A stretch of 64,000 bases of DNA, taken from the NCBI GenBank assembly GCA_043808095.1, contig JAZDFF010000031.1:101073-165072 (forward strand). Reading direction: 5' to 3'. Of this stretch, positions 47,059-57,256 are shown piece by piece. Origin of the DNA: Candidatus Omnitrophota bacterium. GTDB taxonomy: Bacteria > Omnitrophota > Gorgyraeia > JAZDFF01. The position numbers and the translations under genes are program-made. The notes beneath the pieces are model-generated. The model ran no database searches, had not been told where the DNA came from, and saw nothing but the letters and a program-made list of their open reading frames with translations. How positions within the stretch are numbered: position 1 is the stretch's first letter; every line of letters starts with the position of its first letter.

Positions 47059-48255
47059 TTAAGGCAACCTAAAAACCTCGGGATTACGTATCCTGATGAC
47101 GATTATTAATACCACGCAAATAATGCCGCCAAAGCTGACAATCAAAGGTGCCTGGATTAAATAAGCAAGCCAGCCTGCTAATAAATTGCCAAAAGGAGAT
47201 AACCCTAAGAATGTCAGGGTAAATACACTAAGCACCCTCCCGCGAAATTCATCTGTAATTGAAATTTGCAATAAAGTATTAATAATGGCCATGCAGATGA
47301 CGCTAAAGTAGCCCATTAGCAATACATAAAATAAGGCCATTTTAAAACTCTTATTTATCCCAAATAATATAAGAATTCCGGAAAACCCCAAGAGCATACT
47401 TAAAAGAATTTTTCCTTTAATTCTAAAACTGCTAAATTTTGCTAAACACAAAGAAGCAAATAATGCACCCAGGCCCATGAAAGACATAAGATATCCTAGA
47501 TAGACCGCGTCTTTCTTAAAGACCTCAATGACAAAAACGGGGAGCAGAATTACATAGGATATACCGAATAAACTTAAAACTCCCATTGTCGTTAGCAATG
47601 CCAAGATTACCCTGTCATGTTTAATAAACAATAATCCTTCTTTTAATTCAAACCAAAACCTTCCCTTGTTATTTTGGTGGCTACTTTTTGTGCGCATCAA
47701 AATAAGCGCAAATATTACTGCAAGAAAACTTACAGCATTTAAATAGAAACAACCTGCCATGCCGATACTTGCGATTAATATCCCGGCCAAGGCCGGGCCA
47801 ATGAACCTGGCAGAATTAAAGGCGGCAGAATTTAAGGCAATGGCATTCAAGAGATTAGGTCTACCTACTACTTCTACAACCATCGCCTGCCTTAGGGGTG
47901 CATCAAAGGCTAAAATTACCCCGTTTAAAAAAGCAATGATGATAATATCCCTTGTGGTGATAATTTTCAACTGGGTCATCGTCCCTAAGATAAAGGCAGA
48001 TACAAGGAACAAGGTCTGGGTAAAAATCAAGACCTTCCTTTTCTGAACCCTGTCAGCAATCACCCCGCCGAATAAGGAAAACATAAAAATCGGTATAGAG
48101 CTAAAAAATCCGACCAGGCCTAAAAGCAGGCTTGAGCCGGTCATTTTAAAGATTAACCAGCTCAAGGCAACCTGCTGGAGCCAGGTTCCGGTTAAAGATA
48201 TAAAACTACCAACCCAGAATAACCTAAAATCTCTGATTTTAAATGAGGAAAACAT
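47059..48255 (-). CDS. MFS transporter (EntS/MFS_3-like)
   Basis: 12 predicted TM helices. The start is moved to MFSSFKIRDF (48255), because the upstream ORF extension lies in a repeat element. Confidence 0.65.
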   Translation of the reverse strand: MFSSFKIRDFRLFWVGSFISLTGTWLQQVALSWLIFKMTGSSLLLGLVGFFSSIPIFMFSLFGGVIADRVQKRKVLIFTQTLFLVSAFILGTMTQLKIITTRDIIIIAFLNGVILAFDAPLRQAMVVEVVGRPNLLNAIALNSAAFNSARFIGPALAGILIASIGMAGCFYLNAVSFLAVIFALILMRTKSSHQNNKGRFWFELKEGLLFIKHDRVILALLTTMGVLSLFGISYVILLPVFVIEVFKKDAVYLGYLMSFMGLGALFASLCLAKFSSFRIKGKILLSMLLGFSGILILFGINKSFKMALFYVLLMGYFSVICMAIINTLLQISITDEFRGRVLSVFTLTFLGLSPFGNLLAGWLAYLIQAPLIVSFGGIICVVLIIVIRIRNPEVFRLP

Positions 48256-48267
48256 TTTTTTGACACC

Positions 48268-48760
48268 CTGCCTGCCTGCCCTTAGGAATTTTACAAATTG
48301 CAGATGGCGAATTTCTCGGGGCAGGCAGGCGTAAAAACGCCCGCCTACGCTAAAGCTTCGGCGGGCAGGCGCTAAAATGCAAAAAAAATCCCTGCCTGAC
48401 GGCAGGCAGGCGCAAAAACGCAAAATCATTTACCCGCCTTCGCAGAAAGCTACGGGCGTAAGCCCGTAGATGAATGCGTACAGTGGTGGGTATCCGCCAA
48501 AGATTTGTGGCGGATATGCTTCGGCGGGTTTCGCCGAAGCATGTGAAGAAGCTACAGCCGTAAGGCTTTAGAGCTTCACTTAGAATTTTTGCGCCTTTGC
48601 GGTAATTTTACGTCCTTCGATAAATGCTTCAACTTCGCTCAGCACTATTCGACGCATCGTGAGCTTGCCGAACGGCTCAGGACACATTTCCCGCTTTGCC
48701 ATTTAGAAGTTCGGGCGGGGATCCCTCTTATTAGCGGAAAGCGGTATAGGCTGGTTGGTT
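48268..48760. repeat. composite GC-rich intergenic repeat region: truncated family-A MITE (48268..48330), mini-palindrome CCCTGCCTGACGGCAGGCAGG (48389..48410), CCGCCA-N8-TGGCGG palindrome (48485..48504), family C repeat (48695..48755)
   Basis: Each sub-element matches copies elsewhere in the window (1321, 32993, 32931, 29140). Confidence 0.55.
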
Positions 48761-49689
48761 TAACTAACCTGCAAATCGTAAGTTGCTTCTATAGTTTTTA
48801 CTAAATCTACTAATATCGAATTTATTGGTGTTGGGATATTTAAACCCTGACCCTGGCGTACAATTACGCCATTGATAAAATCGATCTCTGTGCGTTTTTT
48901 TCTTAAAACATCCTGCAGCATAGAGGAAATGTTTGCGCTAGTTGCCTCGCAGACCGATTCTACTTTTGCAAGCGGGTCGTCATAAATAAGTTTAATCCTC
49001 TTTCTCTTGGCAATCCTTACGGCCTCAGCTACCGCCTCTCTTAAAATTCTGCGCGTACCCTCAAATTCTATAAGCCGGCCGTTATTAAGCCTGGTTATAG
49101 CGGTAAGCGCATTTATCCCCGCATTAATAATTAACTTTGACCAGATAAGGCCTTTTATGTCCCGGGAAATCCTGGCCTCTAGTCCTACCTTGTTAAAAAG
49201 CTCGCGGATGTCCCTTAACTGTACCGGAATCTTGCCATCGAGTTTACCGATAACTGTTTCGCCAGCTCCGGCGTGCCTAATTTTACCGGCCTCCAATAAA
49301 GTAGCGCCATGGTTAGTTATGCCGCCGATAACATTCTCGTCCCCGATGAGTTCGCTGATAATCTCAATATTACCAAGGCCGTTTTGGAGCGTAAGCACTA
49401 GAGTATTTTCACAAATCAATGGCTTGCTGAAATTAACCGCCCCTTTGGTATCATAGGATTTGACGCAGATTATAAGCAGGTCTGCGGGTTTTAATTCTTT
49501 TGGTTGGCAGGATGCCTTTACGACTGCCTGCCACTTACCTTTTATATCTTCAACCACAATTGCCTTTTCTTGGAGTATTCTGACCCGCTCAGGTCTTTTG
49601 TCTAAAAGAATAACCTCCGCGTCAGATTTAGCAAGGAACGCGGCAAATAAACTTCCCAAGGCACCTGGTCCGACAATAACGATACGCAT
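48760..49689 (-). CDS. panE: 2-dehydropantoate 2-reductase
   Basis: MRIVIVGPGALGSLFAAFL Rossmann motif, and a ketopantoate-reductase C-terminal domain. Confidence 0.8.
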   Translation of the reverse strand: MRIVIVGPGALGSLFAAFLAKSDAEVILLDKRPERVRILQEKAIVVEDIKGKWQAVVKASCQPKELKPADLLIICVKSYDTKGAVNFSKPLICENTLVLTLQNGLGNIEIISELIGDENVIGGITNHGATLLEAGKIRHAGAGETVIGKLDGKIPVQLRDIRELFNKVGLEARISRDIKGLIWSKLIINAGINALTAITRLNNGRLIEFEGTRRILREAVAEAVRIAKRKRIKLIYDDPLAKVESVCEATSANISSMLQDVLRKKRTEIDFINGVIVRQGQGLNIPTPINSILVDLVKTIEATYDLQVS

Positions 49690-49811
49690 ATTTAGCCTCG
49701 TAATTTTTTTGAATCGCTATGATTATAATTCTTTTTTTATCACTGGTCAAATAAAATCTATCTTTAAAAATTTATTAAAAATATTTCTCGTATTTAAAAG
49801 TCTTCTGTTAT

Positions 49812-49833
49812 CCCTGCCTGCCGGCAGGCAGGG
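49812..49833. repeat. 22-nt perfect palindrome CCCTGCCTGCCGGCAGGCAGGG = family-A terminal inverted repeats joined with no internal sequence
   Basis: It is identical to the two TIR halves at 1321 and 1395. Similar minimal copies are at 48389 and 53072. Confidence 0.5.
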
Positions 49834-50025
49834 ATACTGGTATCGAAACCGGTCTTCGATATTCGGGGCTCGATTTTTTTCATCATGTCTTCAAGCTTCC
49901 AGATTCCAGCCTCGATACAAGCATTCATAACTTAAAACCAGATTCAAGCATCTTTTGTCATCGGGGTATACGAAGTGTTGACATTATTGACATTAGGCGA
50001 ATTATATGTTAAAACTAAGCCACAT

Positions 50026-52206
50026 ATGGAGATCAAATCTCTTTCTAAAAAGTTTAATCTGCCCGAAGAATTGGTAAAGACCTTAGAGTCAGCCGGCCTC
50101 ACTAGCTTCTATCCACCCCAGGCCATGGCTATTAAAAGAGGCATATTAGACGGCGGAAATTTTGTTCTATCCTGTCCTACGGCTTCAGGAAAAACCCTGG
50201 TAGCAGAATTGTGTATGCTTAAAGACATTCTTCTGCATAAAAATAGGTGTCTTTATGTCGTGCCTCTTAGGGCCCTGGCCAGCGAGAAATACGAAGACTT
50301 TAAACAAAAATACAGCCGCCTGAATATTAAGGTAAATATTTCAACCGGAGAATTTGATACCAGCGGCCGAGACCTCGGAGGTTTTGATATCTTAATCGCC
50401 ACTTGCGAAAAAGTCGATTCGCTACTTAGGCAACGCTGTGAATGGCTTACAAATAATTTAGGGACAGTCGTCTTCGATGAAGTGCATTTTTTGAATGATC
50501 CAAGCCGGGGCCCAACTTTGGAGATATTAATATCCCGCATCAGGCAATTAAATTCCCGGACGCAGATTCTGGCATTAAGTGCTACTATAAGCAACGCCGT
50601 TCAAATCGCTAAGTGGTTAAATGCACAACTTATTGAAACTGACTGGAGGCCGGTGCCCCTAAAAGAAGGCGTTTATTTTGAGGATAAAATAAATTTTGAT
50701 GACGGAACCAGCAGGATTATAAATTTGGATATTAAACATGACATCGCAAAACTTGCCCTCGATACAGTTGGTGACGGGGGACAGGCCCTGGTATTTGTAA
50801 ACACCCGGGTATCTACCCAAACCCAGGCAAGGCTTATTTCAAAAGAGGCCTCAGGTTTTATTAAAGAGAGTGATAAAAAAGCCTTAACACAGATATCAAA
50901 AGAAATCCTCAATACCTTATCTGAACCTACCAAGATCTGTAGAAGGCTTGCTGAAACTGTAGCTGGAGGTATAGCCTTTCACCACGCAGGCCTGCATCCT
51001 AAACAAAGAAAGATAGTCGAGGATTATTTTAAGAAAAATATAATTAAGGTAATCTGCGCGACCCCGACTCTGGCCGCCGGAGTAAACCTGCCCAGCCGAA
51101 GGACCATTATCCGGGATTTTAAAAGATATTCGCCCGGCCTGGGACAGGATTTTATCCCGGTCTTTGAGTACAAGCAGTTTGCAGGGCGCGCCGGCCGGCC
51201 TCAATATGATAAAGTTGGCGAGTCTGTTCTCGTTGCCAAGACCGCGCTTGAGCGCAAGATGCTTTTTAGTGAATATGTCTACAAAGACCCTGAACCGATC
51301 CAATCAAGGCTGAATAATGTTGCAGCACTACGCACCCATGTCTTATCATGCATAGCTTCGGGATTTACGCATACGAGAGATGATTTATCCAGCTTCTTTA
51401 AAACCACCTTCTACGCCTTCCAAAATAATTCCCGGGATTTATCTTATGCCCTAGAATCTATCCTAAACTTTTTAAAAAATGAAGGCCTGATAAAAGAATC
51501 CCCGCATAATCTTAAGGCAACGATATTCGGTATACTCGCAAACAGACTTTATATTAACCCCCTCTCTGCCGTGATTATAAGAAACGGACTAAAAAAAGCC
51601 CGTACAAACACAAAGTATTTTTCCTTACTGCACCTTGCCTGCTGCTGCCCTGAAATCGAAGCCCTTGCCTTAAATAGGAACGATTACGAGGGCCTGAATC
51701 TATACTATGACATGAATGCAGATGAATTACTGCTTTCCTATGATGACCTGTCTGATTTATTTGACTTAGAGGATTATTTGGGTCAACTTAAGACTGCCTT
51801 AATGCTTGAAAAATGGATGGAAGAAGAAAAAGAAGAAATAATCTGCGAAGAATTTAAGGTTGGCCCGGGAGATATCCGAAGAATCATCGAAAGCGCGGAT
51901 TGGCTCGTGTATTGCTGCCATAAATTTGCCAGGCTCCTCGGCCATAAGGAGTTACTTGCCAAGATTGATCAGTTATCCACAAGGATAAACTACGGAATAA
52001 AAGAGGAATTACTGGAATTGGTAGGGCTGCGTGGCGTTGGTAGAGTCAGGGCCCGCAGCCTCTATAACCACGGATTCAACAGTTTGTTTAAAATCAGAAA
52101 CGCTAATATTAAGACTCTGGATAAAATTCCGCATATCGGAAAAAAAATTGCAATTAATATTAAGGAACAGCTCTTGAAGAACTCCTTGAGATTAATGCCT
52201 TATTAG
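50026..52206 (+). CDS. Hel308/Ski2-like superfamily-2 DNA helicase
   Basis: Q-motif FYPPQ, Walker A SCPTASGKT, DEVH box, motif VI QFAGRAGR, and a C-terminal HhH (GLRGVGRVRARSL). The start was chosen at MEIKSL. Confidence 0.8.
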   Translation: MEIKSLSKKFNLPEELVKTLESAGLTSFYPPQAMAIKRGILDGGNFVLSCPTASGKTLVAELCMLKDILLHKNRCLYVVPLRALASEKYEDFKQKYSRLNIKVNISTGEFDTSGRDLGGFDILIATCEKVDSLLRQRCEWLTNNLGTVVFDEVHFLNDPSRGPTLEILISRIRQLNSRTQILALSATISNAVQIAKWLNAQLIETDWRPVPLKEGVYFEDKINFDDGTSRIINLDIKHDIAKLALDTVGDGGQALVFVNTRVSTQTQARLISKEASGFIKESDKKALTQISKEILNTLSEPTKICRRLAETVAGGIAFHHAGLHPKQRKIVEDYFKKNIIKVICATPTLAAGVNLPSRRTIIRDFKRYSPGLGQDFIPVFEYKQFAGRAGRPQYDKVGESVLVAKTALERKMLFSEYVYKDPEPIQSRLNNVAALRTHVLSCIASGFTHTRDDLSSFFKTTFYAFQNNSRDLSYALESILNFLKNEGLIKESPHNLKATIFGILANRLYINPLSAVIIRNGLKKARTNTKYFSLLHLACCCPEIEALALNRNDYEGLNLYYDMNADELLLSYDDLSDLFDLEDYLGQLKTALMLEKWMEEEKEEIICEEFKVGPGDIRRIIESADWLVYCCHKFARLLGHKELLAKIDQLSTRINYGIKEELLELVGLRGVGRVRARSLYNHGFNSLFKIRNANIKTLDKIPHIGKKIAINIKEQLLKNSLRLMPY

Positions 52207-52946
52207 ATTTTTAATAGTCGTGCTGAGTGCGGTCTTTTCTCCAGATGAAAACTCAGGAAATTCGTTAGCAGATTATATAGCTCTCCCCTAATTTTAAGGC
52301 CTATCCCCAACCTTAAGGCCTCCTGCAAGTTGGAATCCTCAATATGGCAAATTGTAGCAATGGTTCCCCTTAAGATATTTTTTGAGGGATAGCGATCGTG
52401 CTGGCCGCATTTTAAACAAACCAATCCTCCTCGATTAAAGTTGAATTTAGCAGCCTCCTGGATCTTCCTGCCGCAGACGAGACACGAATCAAGATGAGGC
52501 CTGAATCCCGATAGCATCAATGCCTTAATCACAAAGATATGGAATATTTTATCCGCATCATCTGTAATGCAGAAATTCTCTAAGGTCCATAAAGTCAGCG
52601 TAAAAACCTCAGGGTTTTTATCATCAAGTGGCATGAGATAATCAATAAGCTCCATAATATAACTACTCAATGTAAATGTTTTTAAATCCTTTTTTAAAGA
52701 AGTGAAGTCATCATGCTTTTCAAAATGCGTAACGAGATTAAGTTCAGTCTTCGTCTTTTTGTAAAAAATCATCTCGCCAAACTTTAAGGGTTCGATGAAC
52801 CCGCCAAATTTTTGGGGCTCGGTCCTTGCGCCTTTAAGAATGCCTTTTATCTTACCAAAGTCGCGGGTAAAAAATACGGCAATCTTACTTGTCTCCCTAA
52901 AATCGTATGTCTTTAAGACTATTGCCTCGGTTTTTTGGATGGCCAT
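52203..52946 (-). CDS. recO: DNA repair protein RecO
   Basis: MAIQKTEAIVLKTYDFRETSKIAVFFTRDFGKIKG OB-fold N-terminus, and zinc motif CLVCG…CLKCG. The start was moved to 52946 to exclude the repeat-derived extension. Confidence 0.8.
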   Translation of the reverse strand: MAIQKTEAIVLKTYDFRETSKIAVFFTRDFGKIKGILKGARTEPQKFGGFIEPLKFGEMIFYKKTKTELNLVTHFEKHDDFTSLKKDLKTFTLSSYIMELIDYLMPLDDKNPEVFTLTLWTLENFCITDDADKIFHIFVIKALMLSGFRPHLDSCLVCGRKIQEAAKFNFNRGGLVCLKCGQHDRYPSKNILRGTIATICHIEDSNLQEALRLGIGLKIRGELYNLLTNFLSFHLEKRPHSARLLKI

Positions 52947-52974
52947 TCTCTTGATAATTATAAAACTAATGGAA

Positions 52975-53050
52975 CACGAATGGACACTGATTACCCCGTG
53001 GAATTCGGAGAATTCCCGGGACTTAGTCCCTGAAATTGCAATTAAAATTG
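52975..53050 (-). repeat. MITE-like structured repeat, family A/B in reverse orientation (hairpin variant GAAATTGCAATT-TTAA-TTGCAATTTC)
   Basis: The reverse complement reads …ggaaattgcaattttaattgcaatttcagggactaagtcccgggaattctccgaattcc…. Confidence 0.5.
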
Positions 53051-53159
53051 CAATTTCTAGGGGCACGCATCTGCCTGGCCGGCAGGCAGGAATAAACACG
53101 AATTTGTCTTCGGAATTTATTCGTGAGAATTCGTGTATCAGTTATGTAAAGATTAATAA

Positions 53160-53594
53160 TTATTTTTGCAAATGCTTAAGATAATAACTTTGGCGCCTTT
53201 TCATAAGTAGTTTTTCACTTTTAGTAATATCACCATAACCCAATAAATGAAGAAGCCCGTGAATAATATAAAGCATTAATTCATCCCGTGGTGAATTCTT
53301 ATAGAGCTTAGAATTTCTTAGTGCAGTTTGAGTAGATATTGCTATGTCGCCTAAAAGACGGGGTTTGGTTTTTAGGGGTTTTGTTTGGTCTATTGGAAAT
53401 GCTAAAACATCGGTGGGATAATCGCGGCCAAGAAAATGCTTGTTTAATTTTCTAATCTTGAAATCATCAACAAGAAGAATAGATACCTCAAAATCTAGAT
53501 CACCCTCCTTAAGAAGTATGAATTGAATTAGGTCGGTGATTCTCTTCGCGTTTATGCGAATTCTTCTTTGCCGATTCTTTATCTTGACTTCCAT
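53160..53594 (-). CDS. ybeY: rRNA maturation endoribonuclease YbeY
   Basis: C-terminal H…HGLLHLLGYGD zinc motif. The start is uncertain and overlaps the pgpH 3' end. Confidence 0.75.
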   Translation of the reverse strand: MEVKIKNRQRRIRINAKRITDLIQFILLKEGDLDFEVSILLVDDFKIRKLNKHFLGRDYPTDVLAFPIDQTKPLKTKPRLLGDIAISTQTALRNSKLYKNSPRDELMLYIIHGLLHLLGYGDITKSEKLLMKRRQSYYLKHLQK

Positions 53595-55644
53595 CTTCCT
53601 GGTCTGGATACTTAATCCTGGCGTGGCAAGTGGCACTTAAAATATGGATAAATGTCTTGGCGATCTTTTCAAGGTCTTTTAAGGTCAAATCGCATTCATC
53701 AAGCTGACCGTCAATAAATTTGTTATTAATAATTTTGTGAACGACATTCTCAATCTTCTGAGGAGTCGGTTCCTCAATACTGCGGCTTGCCGCCTCGACA
53801 GAATCGGCCAATAATACTATGGCTATTTCCTTGGTCTGGGGCCTTGGCCCAGGATAACGGAATCCCTCTTCCCTTACCTCTTCGTCCTGTTCAAGTTCCT
53901 CGAGGGCCCGGCGGTAAAAATAATAAACCAGGCTTGTGCCGTGATGCTGCTCAACAAAATCTCGGATCGTATTCCTTAATTTGAACTTCTGGCCTAATTC
54001 TAGCCCGTTTTTGACATGATTTACAATAATTAATTTACTCATTGAAGGGCTCAAATTATCATGTTTACTCTCATCGTCAGTCTGATTCTCGCTAAAATAT
54101 TCTGGTTTTTCGATTTTTCCGATGTCATGATAATAAGCACCGACCCTAGCCAAAAGGGCATTCGCCCCTATTGCCTCAGCTGCTGCCTCAGAGATATTGC
54201 CTACGATTAAGCTGTGGTGATATGTACCAGGGGCCTTTAAAATCATCTCCCGTAATAATGGTTGGTTAAAATCGGATAGTTCTAATAGACTAATATTAGT
54301 GATAAAACCGAATATCCACTCAAAAATTGGCAGGATTACCATAAGCATTACTGCACAAAGCAGGCCATTTAATATACCAATAAGCCCGTCATTTAAGAAA
54401 ACTTCTACATTCAAATTATTATATAAACCTAATCCCACAACGCTAAAGAAATTAACCAGACTTACCATCAAACCGGCTTGTAAAATCTGAGCTCTTCTCC
54501 TGATCCCTAAAACCGAAACTATCCCCACGATACTGCCTAATAAGAAAATTATCGACATGCTTAGGTTAAAACCGAGACCTAACCCTAAGAATAAGCTCAG
54601 AAAAACGGAAAACAAAATTGCAACCCGGTTATTGTTTAAAAGCAGCATGATTGCCATAGGAAAAGCAGCAGCTGGAATAATCATGCTTGGAAGAGAAGAA
54701 AGGTTAATTATTTTACCTAATCCTTGGGCAAGCAAAGAAAGAAGGCCCAAAAGAAGTAAATTCCTGTTAAATAACAAGAATTCCTTTTCATAGAGTTTAA
54801 GAAATGTGAGGAATGTAATAATAAAAATCAATAGTATGAGGCCTATACCGCAGATAGAAATGATTGCTTCTTTTTTAATCCTCGCTTCTTTAGAAATTTC
54901 GTTAATCTTATTTAATTTGGCGATATAAGTTTTGGTGATTCGTCCGCCTTTCCCAATGATTAACTCTCCTCTTTTGACCTCAACCTGTTTATATTGTAGA
55001 GGCACTCTTTTTGCGGCTTCTATTTTTCTTAATTCTGTTGCTTCTCGATCAAACTTGAGATTGGGCTGGATCTTGGGAAGAAGCAAATCCACAACCTGAT
55101 TTCTCATTTTACTTGATTCAAAAATCTTGGCCGCTTCTGTCTCAAGTATTTTGGGTATATCCTTCTGTATTAATAAATCGGATAACAAGACCAGCCTCTC
55201 CGTGCCTTTAGTCTTGCCTATAATAGTAATCTTGTCCTTTTTCTCTTTTAAAAGGCTCGCCTCGTCGTCATTTGATAAAATAGCTTTAGCGGCTAATATC
55301 TCGTATAGGGGATAAATTTTAGGGAGTGAGTCTTTCAGTTCTTCGGGAATTGCCTCAGGAGCTAGAGTAAGCGCCGGCTGGCCATTCATAATATAAGTCT
55401 CTGGAACTGCCCGTATCGCCTCCGTCTGAAACTTTTTAGTCTTTTCTTCATCGACATCACCCTGATAAATAAAATCAAATGGCGAATAGATTGATATTAG
55501 CGAAACGTCTCCTTCAGGAAGCTCTTCGATGTATATCTTTTTTCCTAGGCCAAAAATTAATAATAGACCAAGGAATGTGGCGATTAATATAAATGCCCTG
55601 AATGCAATGTGGCCGAATTTTTTATTTTTCATTATTTCTTTCAT
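53509..55644 (-). CDS. pgpH: 7TM receptor with intracellular HD hydrolase (PgpH/YqfF-type cyclic-di-AMP phosphodiesterase)
   Basis: Large extracytoplasmic N-domain, 7 TM helices, and C-terminal HD (HHSLIVGNI…YYHDIGK). Conserved phoH-pgpH-ybeY order. Confidence 0.8.
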   Translation of the reverse strand: MKEIMKNKKFGHIAFRAFILIATFLGLLLIFGLGKKIYIEELPEGDVSLISIYSPFDFIYQGDVDEEKTKKFQTEAIRAVPETYIMNGQPALTLAPEAIPEELKDSLPKIYPLYEILAAKAILSNDDEASLLKEKKDKITIIGKTKGTERLVLLSDLLIQKDIPKILETEAAKIFESSKMRNQVVDLLLPKIQPNLKFDREATELRKIEAAKRVPLQYKQVEVKRGELIIGKGGRITKTYIAKLNKINEISKEARIKKEAIISICGIGLILLIFIITFLTFLKLYEKEFLLFNRNLLLLGLLSLLAQGLGKIINLSSLPSMIIPAAAFPMAIMLLLNNNRVAILFSVFLSLFLGLGLGFNLSMSIIFLLGSIVGIVSVLGIRRRAQILQAGLMVSLVNFFSVVGLGLYNNLNVEVFLNDGLIGILNGLLCAVMLMVILPIFEWIFGFITNISLLELSDFNQPLLREMILKAPGTYHHSLIVGNISEAAAEAIGANALLARVGAYYHDIGKIEKPEYFSENQTDDESKHDNLSPSMSKLIIVNHVKNGLELGQKFKLRNTIRDFVEQHHGTSLVYYFYRRALEELEQDEEVREEGFRYPGPRPQTKEIAIVLLADSVEAASRSIEEPTPQKIENVVHKIINNKFIDGQLDECDLTLKDLEKIAKTFIHILSATCHARIKYPDQEDGSQDKESAKKNSHKREENHRPNSIHTS

Positions 55645-56572
55645 AGGCCTGGATAATCTTTTGTACTAATTCGTGCCTTACAATATCTTCACCGGAGAAA
55701 AATATAAATTTAATCCCTTCGATATTACTAAGTATCTCTTTGGCCTCAAGTAAGCCTTGAGGTTTGCCTCCCGGTAAATCGCTTTGCGTAATGTCTCCGG
55801 TTATGACGGTCTTGGAATCAAAACCAAGGCGCGTCAAGAACATCTTCATTTGTTCGCCGGTACAGTTCTGAGCCTCGTCAAGAATAACAAATGCATCATT
55901 AAGTGTCCTTCCCCGCATATAGGCAAGAGGCGCAACTTCGATTATACCCATCTCCAAAAACTTCTCAATTTTTTCAGCATCAATCATATCATATAAGGCA
56001 TCGTATAATGGTCTCAGATAAGGGGATATCTTATCATACATATCACCCGGTAAATACCCGAGGCTCTCTCCTGCCTCAATTGCCGGACGGGTAAGGATTA
56101 TGCGCCTGACATCTGCCTTTTTTAAGGCCGAAACTGCCATGGCCATGGCTAAATAAGTTTTACCGGTACCGGCGGGGCCAATCCCAAAGACGATATCATA
56201 ATCCCTCATTGCCTCAACATATTCACTCTGGCCTTTGGTCTTTGGTCCGATGCGCCTGCCTTTTATAGTAACATCAATAAATTCCTCTCCCTTGGCGGAT
56301 AAATTCATAGGGCTTCCCTTTTTGATTGCATCAAGGTATAAAGAAATATCTCTTTGGGCGAGGTCATGGCCGCTTCTAATAACTTCTAAAAAATGCTGAA
56401 AAATCTTCTTGGTATTTTCAATGGCCTCTTGACCGCCAGAAATCTTAAGACCGTTCTCCTTGACCGCGATATTTACTTGTAATCTATCCTCAATGAGTTT
56501 AAGGTTTTCATCGCGATTTCCGAAAAGAAGCTTTAGATCGCCGGGTTTCGGAAGATTGATTGTTTCTTGCAT
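55622..56572 (-). CDS. phoH: PhoH-like ATPase
   Basis: Walker A GPAGTGKTYLAMA, a KH-like N-terminus, and a Walker B …ILDEAQN. Confidence 0.85.
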   Translation of the reverse strand: MQETINLPKPGDLKLLFGNRDENLKLIEDRLQVNIAVKENGLKISGGQEAIENTKKIFQHFLEVIRSGHDLAQRDISLYLDAIKKGSPMNLSAKGEEFIDVTIKGRRIGPKTKGQSEYVEAMRDYDIVFGIGPAGTGKTYLAMAMAVSALKKADVRRIILTRPAIEAGESLGYLPGDMYDKISPYLRPLYDALYDMIDAEKIEKFLEMGIIEVAPLAYMRGRTLNDAFVILDEAQNCTGEQMKMFLTRLGFDSKTVITGDITQSDLPGGKPQGLLEAKEILSNIEGIKFIFFSGEDIVRHELVQKIIQAYERNNEK

Positions 56573-56579
56573 TAGTGAG

Positions 56580-57071
56580 TTAATCCTTGGGTATTATTAA
56601 AACCTGTCCTGGATAAATCTTTGAAGGATTGCTAAGCTTATCGCGATTAGCATTATAAATTTTGGTCCATTTTTTGGTGGTACCAAATAATTTCTGGGAT
56701 ATCTTTTGCAATGTGTCATTCTTTTGTACTTTGTAGGTACGGACTGCTTTAGAAACAACTGCTGGTGCCTCTTCTGTGACTGCCTCTATTCCCATGGTCT
56801 CTATTGGCGTTATGGCTGGACTTACAGTTGTAGGTTTATTTTTGTCGAACTTTAAAGGCGAATGCAATTCTATTTCGACTACCCTGGTAGTACGGGTTGT
56901 TGGTCTTTGAGCTGTCGTTTCTTGTGCAGGAACTTTTCCCTGAATATAACCCTGGTTGCCGCTTAAATCTTGATCAATTCTGTCTCTTACCTGGTTATAA
57001 GTACGCACAACGCAGCCGCTCAGCACGAAAAGCAAAAAACTTAGGGCACAAATTAGTCTCAACGTTTTCAT
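56580..57071 (-). CDS. LysM-domain lipoprotein
   Basis: Lipobox LLFVLSGC, and a C-terminal LysM (YKVQKNDTLQKISQKLFG…IYPGQVLIIP). Confidence 0.65.
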   Translation of the reverse strand: MKTLRLICALSFLLFVLSGCVVRTYNQVRDRIDQDLSGNQGYIQGKVPAQETTAQRPTTRTTRVVEIELHSPLKFDKNKPTTVSPAITPIETMGIEAVTEEAPAVVSKAVRTYKVQKNDTLQKISQKLFGTTKKWTKIYNANRDKLSNPSKIYPGQVLIIPKD

Positions 57072-57256
57072 CTGTCTGCCTCCTTTTTAATCGCAAAACC
57101 GCAAAATCAGCCTTTAGATACTCACACCGCTTCCCGCCGTAGCGGGATCCCGTCTCGGTGTAAAATGCAGAACGGGAAAACCGCCAAAATTATTCTTTGT
57201 GACCTTTGCGGTGTCTTTAACAATTATCTTACTTTGCGTTCTTTGCGGTTCTCCTT

